Positions 8,830 through 16,673 of a stretch of 32,000 nt of DNA are shown one piece after another. The translations under genes were made by a program, and so were the position numbers. The DNA lies in assembly GCA_016700135.1 (NCBI GenBank), contig CP065004.1, forward strand, positions 630,001 through 662,000, written 5' to 3'. The DNA is from Candidatus Saccharimonadota bacterium (GTDB taxonomy: Bacteria; Patescibacteriota; Microgenomatia; UBA1406; GWC2-37-13). Numbering within the stretch: the stretch's first letter is position 1; every line of letters starts with the position of its first letter. The notes beneath the pieces are model-generated. The model searched no databases and had not been told where the DNA came from. It saw only the letters and a list, made by a program, of their open reading frames with translations.

Positions 8830-9606
8830 TTATTCGGATTGAATCACAAGTTTGACACTTGGGGTCATCGTTGCGGCAATGTATGCCTCTTTGATGTTTT
8901 TATATCCGACGGATTCCATAAAAGCTTTTGCATTATCTTCAATCTGAGAAGTCTCAAATGAAAGCTTAGCGACCATTTGGTGGATAATCGGCGCCTTAGC
9001 TTCTGCTTTCCATCGAAGAGATCCTTTCTTGAATTTCTCGGCTGTCTTTTCAGGTTCCGTACTTACGGTTCCTGCTTTCGGATTCGGCATAAGGCCTTTC
9101 GGTCCAAGAACCCGTGCAAATTTTGCAATCTTCGGCATCTGAGAAGGATGGGCGATCAGCACATCAAAATCAATGGTCCCGTTCTCAATATCTTTCAAAA
9201 TGGCATCGTCAAGGACAGCCACACGCACCGTTCGGCCGGTAGCATGCGGAAGACTGACTTCACCCCGAAGTCCGTCTTTCAGGACATTGATATGAAGCTC
9301 GACTGATTCATCAAATTTTGCGAACGAAACTTTTTTGAGTAACTCAATTGCATCCGTCAGTTTATATGACTGTTTCGGATCAACTTTTTTTCTGGCTTCG
9401 GCAAATTTCTTACCGTGTTTTCTTGCAGAAACAGCGGGTGCGGTTTTTTTCTGTTTTTTCTTGGTTTCTTTTTCTGCTTCTTCCGATTCTTCTTCAGGTT
9501 CGTCAGCGTGTTCCAGTTTCTTTCGTTCTGCCCGTTCCTTCTGTTCTTTTTTTTGTTGTTCTTCGATTTCGTCTATTCCGAGAAATCGTGTACGTACTTT
9601 TCCCAT
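8830..9606 (-). CDS. rplA: 50S ribosomal protein L1 with an N-terminal Lys/Glu-rich extension of about 62 aa
   Basis: KHGKKFAEARKKVDPKQSYKLTDAIELLKK, GEVSLPHATGRTVRVAVL and GPKGLMPNPKAGTV are canonical L1 motifs. It directly follows rplK with a 22-nt gap. Confidence 0.95.
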   Translation of the reverse strand: MGKVRTRFLGIDEIEEQQKKEQKERAERKKLEHADEPEEESEEAEKETKKKQKKTAPAVSARKHGKKFAEARKKVDPKQSYKLTDAIELLKKVSFAKFDESVELHINVLKDGLRGEVSLPHATGRTVRVAVLDDAILKDIENGTIDFDVLIAHPSQMPKIAKFARVLGPKGLMPNPKAGTVSTEPEKTAEKFKKGSLRWKAEAKAPIIHQMVAKLSFETSQIEDNAKAFMESVGYKNIKEAYIAATMTPSVKLVIQSE

Positions 9607-9628
9607 TGTGTTGTGAACTAATTAATAA

Positions 9629-10051
9629 TTACTCGGTGTCGATACCCATGCTTCGGGCAGTACCGCGCACAATTTGTTTTGCTGCTTCGATATCATCAGC
9701 ATTGAGATCTTCCATTTTCTTCTCAGCGATCTCCGTGACCTGAGCGTTGGAGAGTTTCCCGACTTTTTTTGTGTTCGGTTCTCCTGATCCTTTGTCGATT
9801 TTCAAAGATTTTTTGATCATGTCTGCGACAGGCGGAAGTTTGGTGATGAAATCAAAACTTCTGTCTTCGTAGACAGTAATAATGACAGGAATAATATTCC
9901 CGCGCTGATCTGCCGTTCGGGCATTGTATTCCTTGATGAATTCCATGATCGGAATACCGTGTTGTCCCAAAGCCGGTCCGACCGGCGGTGCCGGGGTTGC
10001 TTCTCCTGCCGCTAAATTCAGCTTAAGTTGTGTCTTTACTTTTTTAGCCAT
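9629..10051 (-). CDS. rplK: 50S ribosomal protein L11 (141 aa)
   Basis: [41 protein letters not shown] is canonical L11. I take the start at the ATG whose complement sits at 10049-10051. The 57 codons upstream in the ORF track (to 10222) do not resemble L11. Confidence 0.93.
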   Translation of the reverse strand: MAKKVKTQLKLNLAAGEATPAPPVGPALGQHGIPIMEFIKEYNARTADQRGNIIPVIITVYEDRSFDFITKLPPVADMIKKSLKIDKGSGEPNTKKVGKLSNAQVTEIAEKKMEDLNADDIEAAKQIVRGTARSMGIDTE

Positions 10052-10240
10052 GAATGAAAATGAATTAATAATACATTCCATTGTCATTCCCAACTTGATT
10101 GGGAATCCACAGATAAATACATGGATCTCCGTATGGGAGTGGATGACAAGAAATAAATTGAGGTTCACACGAAGTACTCGCGTTTGAAGTATTTCGGCGA
10201 TAAGCCTCCCTATGAAGTTCAAAGACTTTACAGGTAATGG

Positions 10241-11350
10241 TTATTGTAACAAGGAATAGAGAAAAAGTAAAGGGGGTGTATGAGTTCCATACATATGGCA
10301 CTCTTTAGGTAAAATAGATAATAGGTAATCCATAGGTGAAATATTGTTCAGGCTTTTGTGAACTCGCTTTGTATTGTACCAGACGAGGTATTCAATAAGG
10401 TGACGATTGAATGATCCGATACCGGTCCACTTGGTATAGATGTAGGGGTTCATAAATTCTTCCTGGAGTGTTCTGTTTGCTCGCTCAATAAAGGCATTGA
10501 TCTTGGGACATCTGGGGTAGATAAAGAGGTGTGGGATATTGTTTTCTTCCAGATAGTCATGGAAGTTTCCCAGATACTCGAGGCCGTTATCTGTTTGTAT
10601 GGTTTTTATACCATCTTGTATTGGGTATACTAGTTCCAGTCTTCTCATAAAATCAGCACCGTTTCGGCTGTTGAGTTTTGAGTATCCGTAGGAGAACTGG
10701 AATTTGAGTTTGATGTCCACTGCATTGAAGACATACAGCTTGATTCCGTGTACAAACTTCGTGATGGTATCAATCTCAATGTATCCGGTATCTTCCACCT
10801 TGGGAGACCGCTTGACCTTCTGTCGGTACTTTACTTTCCGTTTTGCAAAGCCACTTGCTGGATTGTGATAGATCCGGTAGGTCTTGCGCTGCAGGTTGTG
10901 TCTTTTGATCACTTTTCCAATGGTTGACTCAGATATAGTTGAAATTCCTTCCTGTAGGCAATACTCATCAAGTAAGGGCTTGATCTTCTCCTTTCCCAAA
11001 CAAAAGTATTGTTCTCGAATCTCTTTGATAAAGGATATGACCTTCGGGTGAGTCTCCATACGTCGGGGTGTCTTTGGCTTGGTTGTCTCTGGTATCAGGC
11101 TATCCAACTGCCCTTCTGAATCTCGCCGTCTCTTCCTCCATCGAAACAATGTCCTTCGTGATATCCCATATGCATCAACTGCAGCTTGTATCCCGTACTT
11201 CTCTGCAAATGTCAGAACATCGTTTCTGATTTGTGCTACATCTGACTGATTGTAGTCTGATAGAGATCGTATCTTTTTCATAAGATCTCTATTGTACTGC
11301 CAGTCATAACTCCTAATTACTCGAAGCTGATCTCCTCCCCATTTACTCAT
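10241..11350 (-). CDS. DDE transposase with an rve/integrase core and N-terminal HTH, IS481-like
   Basis: HTH YGISRRTLFRWRKRR. DDE candidates are YIEIDTI, IQTDNGLEY and NAFIERANRTLQEEF. A single ORF of about 370 aa is typical of IS481-family elements. Confidence 0.9.
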   Translation of the reverse strand: MSKWGGDQLRVIRSYDWQYNRDLMKKIRSLSDYNQSDVAQIRNDVLTFAEKYGIQAAVDAYGISRRTLFRWRKRRRDSEGQLDSLIPETTKPKTPRRMETHPKVISFIKEIREQYFCLGKEKIKPLLDEYCLQEGISTISESTIGKVIKRHNLQRKTYRIYHNPASGFAKRKVKYRQKVKRSPKVEDTGYIEIDTITKFVHGIKLYVFNAVDIKLKFQFSYGYSKLNSRNGADFMRRLELVYPIQDGIKTIQTDNGLEYLGNFHDYLEENNIPHLFIYPRCPKINAFIERANRTLQEEFMNPYIYTKWTGIGSFNRHLIEYLVWYNTKRVHKSLNNISPMDYLLSILPKECHMYGTHTPPLLFLYSLLQ

Positions 11351-11395
11351 AGATGTTAGTTCCCTATGAGTGCCATATCTTTCGTAACTTATTCA
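10277..11395 (-). mobile_element. IS481-like insertion sequence, about 1.1 kb, ends approximate
   Basis: Imperfect terminal inverted repeats. The perfect 11-bp core atatggcactc (10293-10303) matches gagtgccatat (11368-11378). With one gap the repeats extend to roughly 28 bp, tgtatgagttccatac... against the reverse complement of ...ctttcgtaacttattca. The left end starts with TGT. I saw no clear target-site duplication, and the transposase ORF reads through the left IR to a stop at 10241. Confidence 0.5.
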
Positions 11396-11511
11396 TACTA
11401 TAAGATATATTTATACACATCAGATATGTTATTGCGGTGCGATTATTACAGTGAATTAAATATATTATCGGTACTTAAATGCACGGCATTCATTCAAATC
11501 GGCGTTAATTC

Positions 11512-12720
11512 ATGTATAGTAATAATATGGACGGAGAACAAGTTCCCGGTATGAACCCGGTCACGGAAAGACAACTGCCAGTAGCTTCACAGCCTGAAAC
11601 CGAAGCTACCTCAAACTTCACGCCGCTTCCTAGAAAGTTACTTGAATCAGCTGATCATGCGAAGCATCGTGCCCTTGATGCATGGAGGAGAGTCATTCAC
11701 GGAAGTCGTAAAGCAAAAGAGATAGAACCTAAAACAGAACAACATCAAGCGGTAGCCCCGAAACCGCAACAAAAGCAGGAGGAAAAAGGGGGAATGACAG
11801 GACGGGGATTTTTGGCAGGGTTAGGAGGACTTACATTGGGGATAGCTTTCGGTCGTGGGGAAGCTCAAGCTGCTCCGACACCGAAGGATGGACCCGGTAA
11901 AGTCATAAACCCGGAAAGACAACCTCCTGAAGGGAGCGTACATCTTGTCACTTCCGCGGAATATACTCCTTCAAATCCGAGCCCTGATTTTCTGAAAGGT
12001 CAGCAGATCGGATATGTTGAGGCTAAAGAAACACTCTTTGACGGCAGCAAATTGTGGCCGCTTGACTGGCAGCTCAAGCCGATTGATCCGAAAGATATGG
12101 TTTACAACCTCCCTGGGCAGCGATCCATTGCCAGCTTCCGTGAGGCGACTCATTACCTTAATCTCGGCCATCCTGACAACGGAAGATATGCCAAGGTAGA
12201 CAATACAGACGGCAGTGTTACAACCTTTTGCAATGTGGCAGCCAGCGATATGGCTGACATGTTTCAGGTACATCACGTATTTTCACGGTTCGATGAAAAC
12301 GGGACTCCTATTGTGGCAAACACAATGAATGAACGGATTATTTCTGAAGCGAGCCGAAAAGATCAGGAACCGGGAGTTGCGCTCATCTCTAAAGAAGAAG
12401 CTCAACAAATAGCGGATATGGGTTTTCCTGTTTTTCTTTCAATAAAAAAAGAGCGAAAGACTCCTAAAGCAAACTGGATGAGCGGACATATCGGTTTGTT
12501 GACGCCCAGATCGATGCTTGATCGGAAAAATCCGGATCATCGTAAGCAGGGAATATATCTCACACAGGCTGGTTCAGAAAGCGGTGATGCAATATATTTT
12601 GACGAACCTGAAAAATATAATGAAGAAAACGGCTATCTTCAGCCGATCTTTGCCATTGATGTGAGGGATCTGCAGGATGCAAGAAAGAAGATTACGGCAC
12701 CGCGTACCCTAGGTCATTAA
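11512..12720 (+). CDS. Putative secreted protein with a papain-fold-like Cys/His hydrolase domain. The longest ORF starts at 11512, and the likely true start is 11794.
   Basis: From M95 the sequence is MTGRGFLAGLGGLTLGIAFGRGEAQA|AP, a signal-like segment with one Arg where a twin-arginine motif would have two. The candidate nucleophile is TFCNVAASDM (Cys codon 12229-12231) and the candidate base is MSGHIGLL (His codon 12487-12489), with Asp 11 residues later. The function is inferred from this pattern only. Confidence 0.65.
   Translation: MYSNNMDGEQVPGMNPVTERQLPVASQPETEATSNFTPLPRKLLESADHAKHRALDAWRRVIHGSRKAKEIEPKTEQHQAVAPKPQQKQEEKGGMTGRGFLAGLGGLTLGIAFGRGEAQAAPTPKDGPGKVINPERQPPEGSVHLVTSAEYTPSNPSPDFLKGQQIGYVEAKETLFDGSKLWPLDWQLKPIDPKDMVYNLPGQRSIASFREATHYLNLGHPDNGRYAKVDNTDGSVTTFCNVAASDMADMFQVHHVFSRFDENGTPIVANTMNERIISEASRKDQEPGVALISKEEAQQIADMGFPVFLSIKKERKTPKANWMSGHIGLLTPRSMLDRKNPDHRKQGIYLTQAGSESGDAIYFDEPEKYNEENGYLQPIFAIDVRDLQDARKKITAPRTLGH
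11777..11782 (+). promoter_or_regulatory. Shine-Dalgarno sequence (AGGAGG) for the internal ATG at 11794
   Basis: AGGAGG lies 11 nt upstream of the in-frame ATG at 11794. That ATG opens directly onto a signal-peptide-like segment, MTGRGFLAGLGGLTLGIAFGRGEAQA. Confidence 0.4.
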
Positions 12721-13358
12721 AGCTTTTTGACCTGGAGGAAGTCAAGTTCGACGGGTGTTTCCCGATCAAAGATTGAAACAAGCACTCTGATTTTCCCTTT
12801 TTCTTCATCAATTTCTTCAACTGATCCCAAGAAATCCGCAAACGGGCCTTCAGTGATTTTGACAGCTTCGCCGATTGAGAATTTTGCCTTGAATTTCGGC
12901 TGTTCCTGCTCGACAAACCGCATGATAGCGGAAACTTCTTTATCTGAGATGGGGGTGGGTTTGGTGCCTGCACCGATAAATCCGGTGACGCCTTCCGTAG
13001 TGCGGACGACGAGCCAGGATTGATCATTCAGGTCCATACGGACGAAAATATAACCCGGGAATACTTTTTCTTTCTGTTTTGTTTTTTTACCTTTTTTGAT
13101 AACTACAACTTCTCGGGTAGGGACAATGATTTCAAAGATTTTATCTTCGACTCCGAGACTTTGAATACGCTGTTCAAGATTATTTTTTACACGGTTTTCA
13201 TGACCTGTCTGAGAATGAAGCACATACCATTTTCCCTGGTCCCGGGTTTTTTCCGATGCTTTTTCTTCGGTTTTCTTTTCTTCAGCCTGAACTTCAGTTG
13301 CTTCAGCAACATCTTCTTCTTTCACTTCATTTTCCTGTAAATCTTTAGTATCTGCCAT
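12717..13358 (-). CDS. nusG: Transcription termination/antitermination factor NusG with an acidic N-terminal extension of about 40 aa
   Basis: KWYVLHSQTGHENRVKNNLEQRI is the NGN domain. FSIGEAVKITEGPFADFLGSVEEIDEEKGKIRVLVSIFDRETPVELDFLQV is the KOW domain. It lies downstream of secE. Confidence 0.95.
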   Translation of the reverse strand: MADTKDLQENEVKEEDVAEATEVQAEEKKTEEKASEKTRDQGKWYVLHSQTGHENRVKNNLEQRIQSLGVEDKIFEIIVPTREVVVIKKGKKTKQKEKVFPGYIFVRMDLNDQSWLVVRTTEGVTGFIGAGTKPTPISDKEVSAIMRFVEQEQPKFKAKFSIGEAVKITEGPFADFLGSVEEIDEEKGKIRVLVSIFDRETPVELDFLQVKKL

Positions 13359-13402
13359 GAGTATAAAAAATAAGTAATTATCTTCAAAAACGGACCTTCA
13401 AA

Positions 13403-13615
13403 TTATCTGAGAGTAGTCAAAAACTCGAGGCCGTATGCTAACAGGGAATCAATTATACCTATATAGAGGCCAATAATCAAGGAGATCGCAACTACGACAA
13501 TGGTAAGTCGGACAGTCTCTGCCCGTGTCGGCCAGCTCACTTTTTTGAGCTCGCTGAATAAGTCACTAAAAAGAGTCATTGATTTTCCTGTTTTTGCCAT
13601 AGAGTATTGTAACAA
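13403..13615 (-). CDS. secE: Preprotein translocase subunit SecE
   Basis: ELKKVSWPTRAETVRLTIVVVAISLIIGLYIGIIDSLLAYGLEFL is the SecE signature followed by a single TM helix. The start may be the MAKTGK Met at 13600. It sits in the conserved position upstream of nusG. Confidence 0.85.
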   Translation of the reverse strand: MLQYSMAKTGKSMTLFSDLFSELKKVSWPTRAETVRLTIVVVAISLIIGLYIGIIDSLLAYGLEFLTTLR

Positions 13616-13644
13616 AAAATTCAGATTTCTATAAGAGGGAAAAA

Positions 13645-15132
13645 TCAGATCTCCGAGTAAATATCGAATGAATCATAATAGACAATAAAAGCGCGATGAG
13701 GGTACAAAGGCTTTTTTGAGGTAATTTTTTCTTCCGGGATAAGGATTTTCCCTACATAGTCGGGGATTTCATCATATCTTTTATTGAAAATATACACATC
13801 ATTACTGCGGGTGTAATAAAGTGCAAGATGATAATCCAGCTCGCTCGTCAGGTAAATCGGTTCATCTTTCTTTTTTATAGTCATAATATCCTGATATAAG
13901 CCGGAAACATCCCGTTTATAGTGGTATTTGAGATTGAGAGTGTTGAATTTCTGAGTGACTGAATAAGCAAAGCTGACAAGCAGGAAGGCCGTAATAAATA
14001 AAGCGGGGTGTAGGTATTGTGACGAACGTGTGTTTTCTTTTGAAACCAGAACTGAACGTACTAAATACAGCATAAACTCAAATCCGAGGGTAATAATGAG
14101 AAGTAATCCCGGTACTGCAAAGATAAAATAGCGCGGATGATATAAAGGCGTTGCAAACAGTGAGAGCACAAAGATAGCAACGGGAGACGCAAATGCCCAC
14201 AGATAAAGTGATACCAATAATTTCTGAGGGACAATTTGTTGCAGTGAAAGTTTATTTTTTACCTGAAATAAGCTAAATAAATAGGAAACCAAAGGAAGTA
14301 CTACAACAAAAATCAATAGTGCATTTATGAATCGGTGGAAGTCTGTATATCCGGCATCTTCATGGTAGTACATTCCGAATACACGTTCGTATCCGGTAAA
14401 CAGTACAAATGGCAAAAACAATAAATCATGTAGAGGAGGTTTGATGATCCAAAAGTCTTCCGATCGGAAATTGTGAACACTCAGCATAAACAGTATCCAG
14501 GGAATAAATATCAGGACGGGGAACACAAACACGGAAACCTCTTTAAAAAATGTCCGATCGAATAAGCGAAGGTTATTTTTAAAGGCAAAAAGGTTCCGCC
14601 AGTCAAAAATGATTTTAAAGTTCTGAATTCCGTACTCGAGTGCCTGAAGACAAAGGATAAAAACGGAGAAATAATGAGTGTAAAGTGCCAGAGTAATTGC
14701 AATAATGTAGAGGCTGCGTTTTTTCGTCCAGAATGCATAGTAGGAAAGAGTTACTAAAAATACCACCATAGAATACATCCGTGCCTCAAAAGCATAAAAG
14801 AGCAGGAAAGGATTTACGGCAATAAAAGCAAAGTACAAAATCGCACGTTTGAAAGGAATGTTGAAGGTCTTATGCATAATCTCAAATAGGAGAAACAATG
14901 TCCCTCCGAAAAAGATTAACGAAAGACTTCTCATTGCAATCTCGGATGTCCCAAAAAGCAGCATCCAGTAGTGCAGAATGATGTAATAGAGCGGAGGGTT
15001 GAAATCAATTGCCGTTGTTTTGATGATATCAATAACATTTTGCTGTGCCATCACAAACGAGAAAGCCTCATCTCTCCAGAGATCCATCACGAAAAAGGCG
15101 AGGGGGGTTTTCGTAAAAAGGTATTGCAACAT
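13645..15132 (-). CDS. GT-C fold glycosyltransferase, PMT_2 / ArnT-like (GT39/GT83-type), polytopic membrane protein
   Basis: N-terminal WRDEAFSFVMAQ...DFNPPLYYIILHYWMLLFGTSEIAMRSLSLIF matches the DE..(15-25)..PPLYY..FG....R pattern of PMT_2-type enzymes, and many TM helices follow. The gap to the upstream GT2 gene is 4 nt. Confidence 0.8.
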   Translation of the reverse strand: MLQYLFTKTPLAFFVMDLWRDEAFSFVMAQQNVIDIIKTTAIDFNPPLYYIILHYWMLLFGTSEIAMRSLSLIFFGGTLFLLFEIMHKTFNIPFKRAILYFAFIAVNPFLLFYAFEARMYSMVVFLVTLSYYAFWTKKRSLYIIAITLALYTHYFSVFILCLQALEYGIQNFKIIFDWRNLFAFKNNLRLFDRTFFKEVSVFVFPVLIFIPWILFMLSVHNFRSEDFWIIKPPLHDLLFLPFVLFTGYERVFGMYYHEDAGYTDFHRFINALLIFVVVLPLVSYLFSLFQVKNKLSLQQIVPQKLLVSLYLWAFASPVAIFVLSLFATPLYHPRYFIFAVPGLLLIITLGFEFMLYLVRSVLVSKENTRSSQYLHPALFITAFLLVSFAYSVTQKFNTLNLKYHYKRDVSGLYQDIMTIKKKDEPIYLTSELDYHLALYYTRSNDVYIFNKRYDEIPDYVGKILIPEEKITSKKPLYPHRAFIVYYDSFDIYSEI

Positions 15133-15136
15133 ATGA

Positions 15137-16615
15137 TTAAACCTTTTCGGTTACTTTATATTTTATCTTCTTTCCAAATAGTAATCGTGTGTGTGCGTCC
15201 AGAGCAGGAAGTGATGAAAGAATAAATGATACGATCGGTAAAAGATACCACTGTACGAAAAACAGCGGAAGATGTCTGAGTTTAGTTTTCTGATTGAGTT
15301 TGTGACGAAGTTTGAAGTCAAGGTAAATATAGAGAATCAGCATGGCAGTCGCAAGTGTAAGGATAAATCCGGTCAGTTGCGGCAAAATAAATCCCAGAAC
15401 CGTCCGGTTAAATGTAGGATTCACTATCGGAGGAATCCAACCGCTGATTGTCAGAATAAAAAAAGATGTCGGCCAAAGAAGGTGTGTTTCAAAAAGGTAA
15501 AAGAATTTTTTTGCTTTTACGGACCATTTAATATGATCTGCAGTGAACATATTGTTCCAGAAATATGAAATGTCAGTAACGCCCCATGCCCATCGTTTTT
15601 CCTGCTCATATCTGCTGAGAAAAGTTTTCATGGTATTGCCGGAGTATACGGCATCACCGTTGATGATGGTGTATATCGGTTTTGTTTCGACTTTTTTACC
15701 GAACTTAAAGAAAGCCTGGTAATAAATATGCCAGTCTTCGGGGATAATGTCGACATCCCAGTATCCCACTTGTTTCAACATCCATAAATTGGTTGAGTAA
15801 GTTGAAATGTGAATGAGGTTTTTCTTTTGAGATAAAAATGCAAGACGGAGAATGGAGGATAATGTTGCCTGCATGCGGACAAAAAACGGAAGCTGCCAAA
15901 AATTGTTATAAAGAAGCACGGGAGCCCAATAGAAATGATAGTCCCGCCCCGGATCCTGCAGAAATTCGTACGTCATGTAAGATAAATAATTTTTCGGGAG
16001 CAAGCTGTCCGCATCGCAGATCGTTATTATTGTTTTTTTCAGATCATATCCCTTTTGCACACAATATTTCTCAACTTCACGGGCTGCAAATGTCTGATTA
16101 CTGGCTTTTCCGGGAACTTCATTTTCCGTGAGTACGTGGTAAACGGAGATGATATCTTCGAAAGTTTCCTGCCATTGGTACGTAATTTTCTGAGATTTCT
16201 CAGCGGCTTCCTTTTCTCTTTTTTCGAAGGCGAGAACCAAATGGATATTTTTATACGGATAGTCACTTTTACTTAAAGCTTTAATAGTTTCATTTATTTT
16301 ATAGAGAGGTTCTTTGTAATTGGGGATAATGACAAAATGCTGAATTTCTTTGGTTTCCGGCAGCGTCTGGAGAGTTTTGTCAAAAGCAAAGTCCTGAAAG
16401 GAATTGATAAGAGCATAGGAGAGAGATGCATAATAGGCGGTCGTGAGGGATTTGACTAAAAAATATAAATCAAAAGCAATAATAAAATAGGCCACAATAG
16501 CCGGGTGAAAGGGTGAAAGCCAAATCGGCAGCAGAATAATCATCCACGAGAAAAAGGGAACAATCATCTCTCCGAGACGTCTGAATTGTTTTGATGTGAC
16601 AATGCGATTTGTCAT
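15137..16615 (-). CDS. Membrane-embedded family-2 glycosyltransferase with a Q-x-x-R-W motif (processive synthase-like)
   Basis: [19 protein letters not shown] (D-x-D) and [10 protein letters not shown] (QxxRW). TM helices lie on both sides of the catalytic domain. Confidence 0.85.
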   Translation of the reverse strand: MTNRIVTSKQFRRLGEMIVPFFSWMIILLPIWLSPFHPAIVAYFIIAFDLYFLVKSLTTAYYASLSYALINSFQDFAFDKTLQTLPETKEIQHFVIIPNYKEPLYKINETIKALSKSDYPYKNIHLVLAFEKREKEAAEKSQKITYQWQETFEDIISVYHVLTENEVPGKASNQTFAAREVEKYCVQKGYDLKKTIITICDADSLLPKNYLSYMTYEFLQDPGRDYHFYWAPVLLYNNFWQLPFFVRMQATLSSILRLAFLSQKKNLIHISTYSTNLWMLKQVGYWDVDIIPEDWHIYYQAFFKFGKKVETKPIYTIINGDAVYSGNTMKTFLSRYEQEKRWAWGVTDISYFWNNMFTADHIKWSVKAKKFFYLFETHLLWPTSFFILTISGWIPPIVNPTFNRTVLGFILPQLTGFILTLATAMLILYIYLDFKLRHKLNQKTKLRHLPLFFVQWYLLPIVSFILSSLPALDAHTRLLFGKKIKYKVTEKV

Positions 16616-16673
16616 GACTATATTATACCTGTCTGCGGACGATTTAGGAATGCTTTTCGGCTATACTTACAAT

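Noticed and set aside
8719-8961. 80-aa plus-strand ORF crossing the rplA terminator
   Set aside because: It runs antisense through the rplA 3' end and through the terminator hairpin. It has no RBS or motif support.
9335-9743. Plus-strand ORFs (9335-9616, 9348-9743, 9415-9621) with Phe/Ser/Leu-rich products
   Set aside because: They are the antisense reading of the Lys/Glu-rich (AAG/GAA-rich) L1 extension and the rplK 3' end. Their composition is the mirror image of that low-complexity region.
10052-10222. N-terminal 57-codon extension of the rplK ORF in the track (start at 10222)
   Set aside because: The extension ([13 protein letters not shown]...) has no similarity to L11. Canonical L11 begins exactly at MAKKVKT (ATG complement at 10049-10051), so I treat 10052-10222 as leader or intergenic sequence.
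11366-11554. 62-aa plus-strand ORF spanning the IS481-like right end, and the 78-aa minus-strand ORF at 10065-10301
   Set aside because: Both are AT-rich, carry no motifs and straddle an IS terminal repeat and flanking spacer. They are most likely non-coding.
13616-13644. A tRNA (often tRNA-Trp) upstream of secE, and tRNAs in other spacers (10052-10276, 11396-11511, 21706-21939)
   Set aside because: The spacer before secE is only 29 nt. None of the longer spacers shows a GTTCRANYC T-loop box or a cloverleaf-compatible acceptor stem.
16596-16673. Longer start (16596) for the pilin-like protein, and 18082 for umuD
   Set aside because: The 16596 start overlaps the divergent GT2 start and puts 26 non-signal residues ahead of a clear signal peptide. 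The 18082 start overlaps the upstream stop, whereas ATG 18136 gives a UmuD of canonical length (142 aa).
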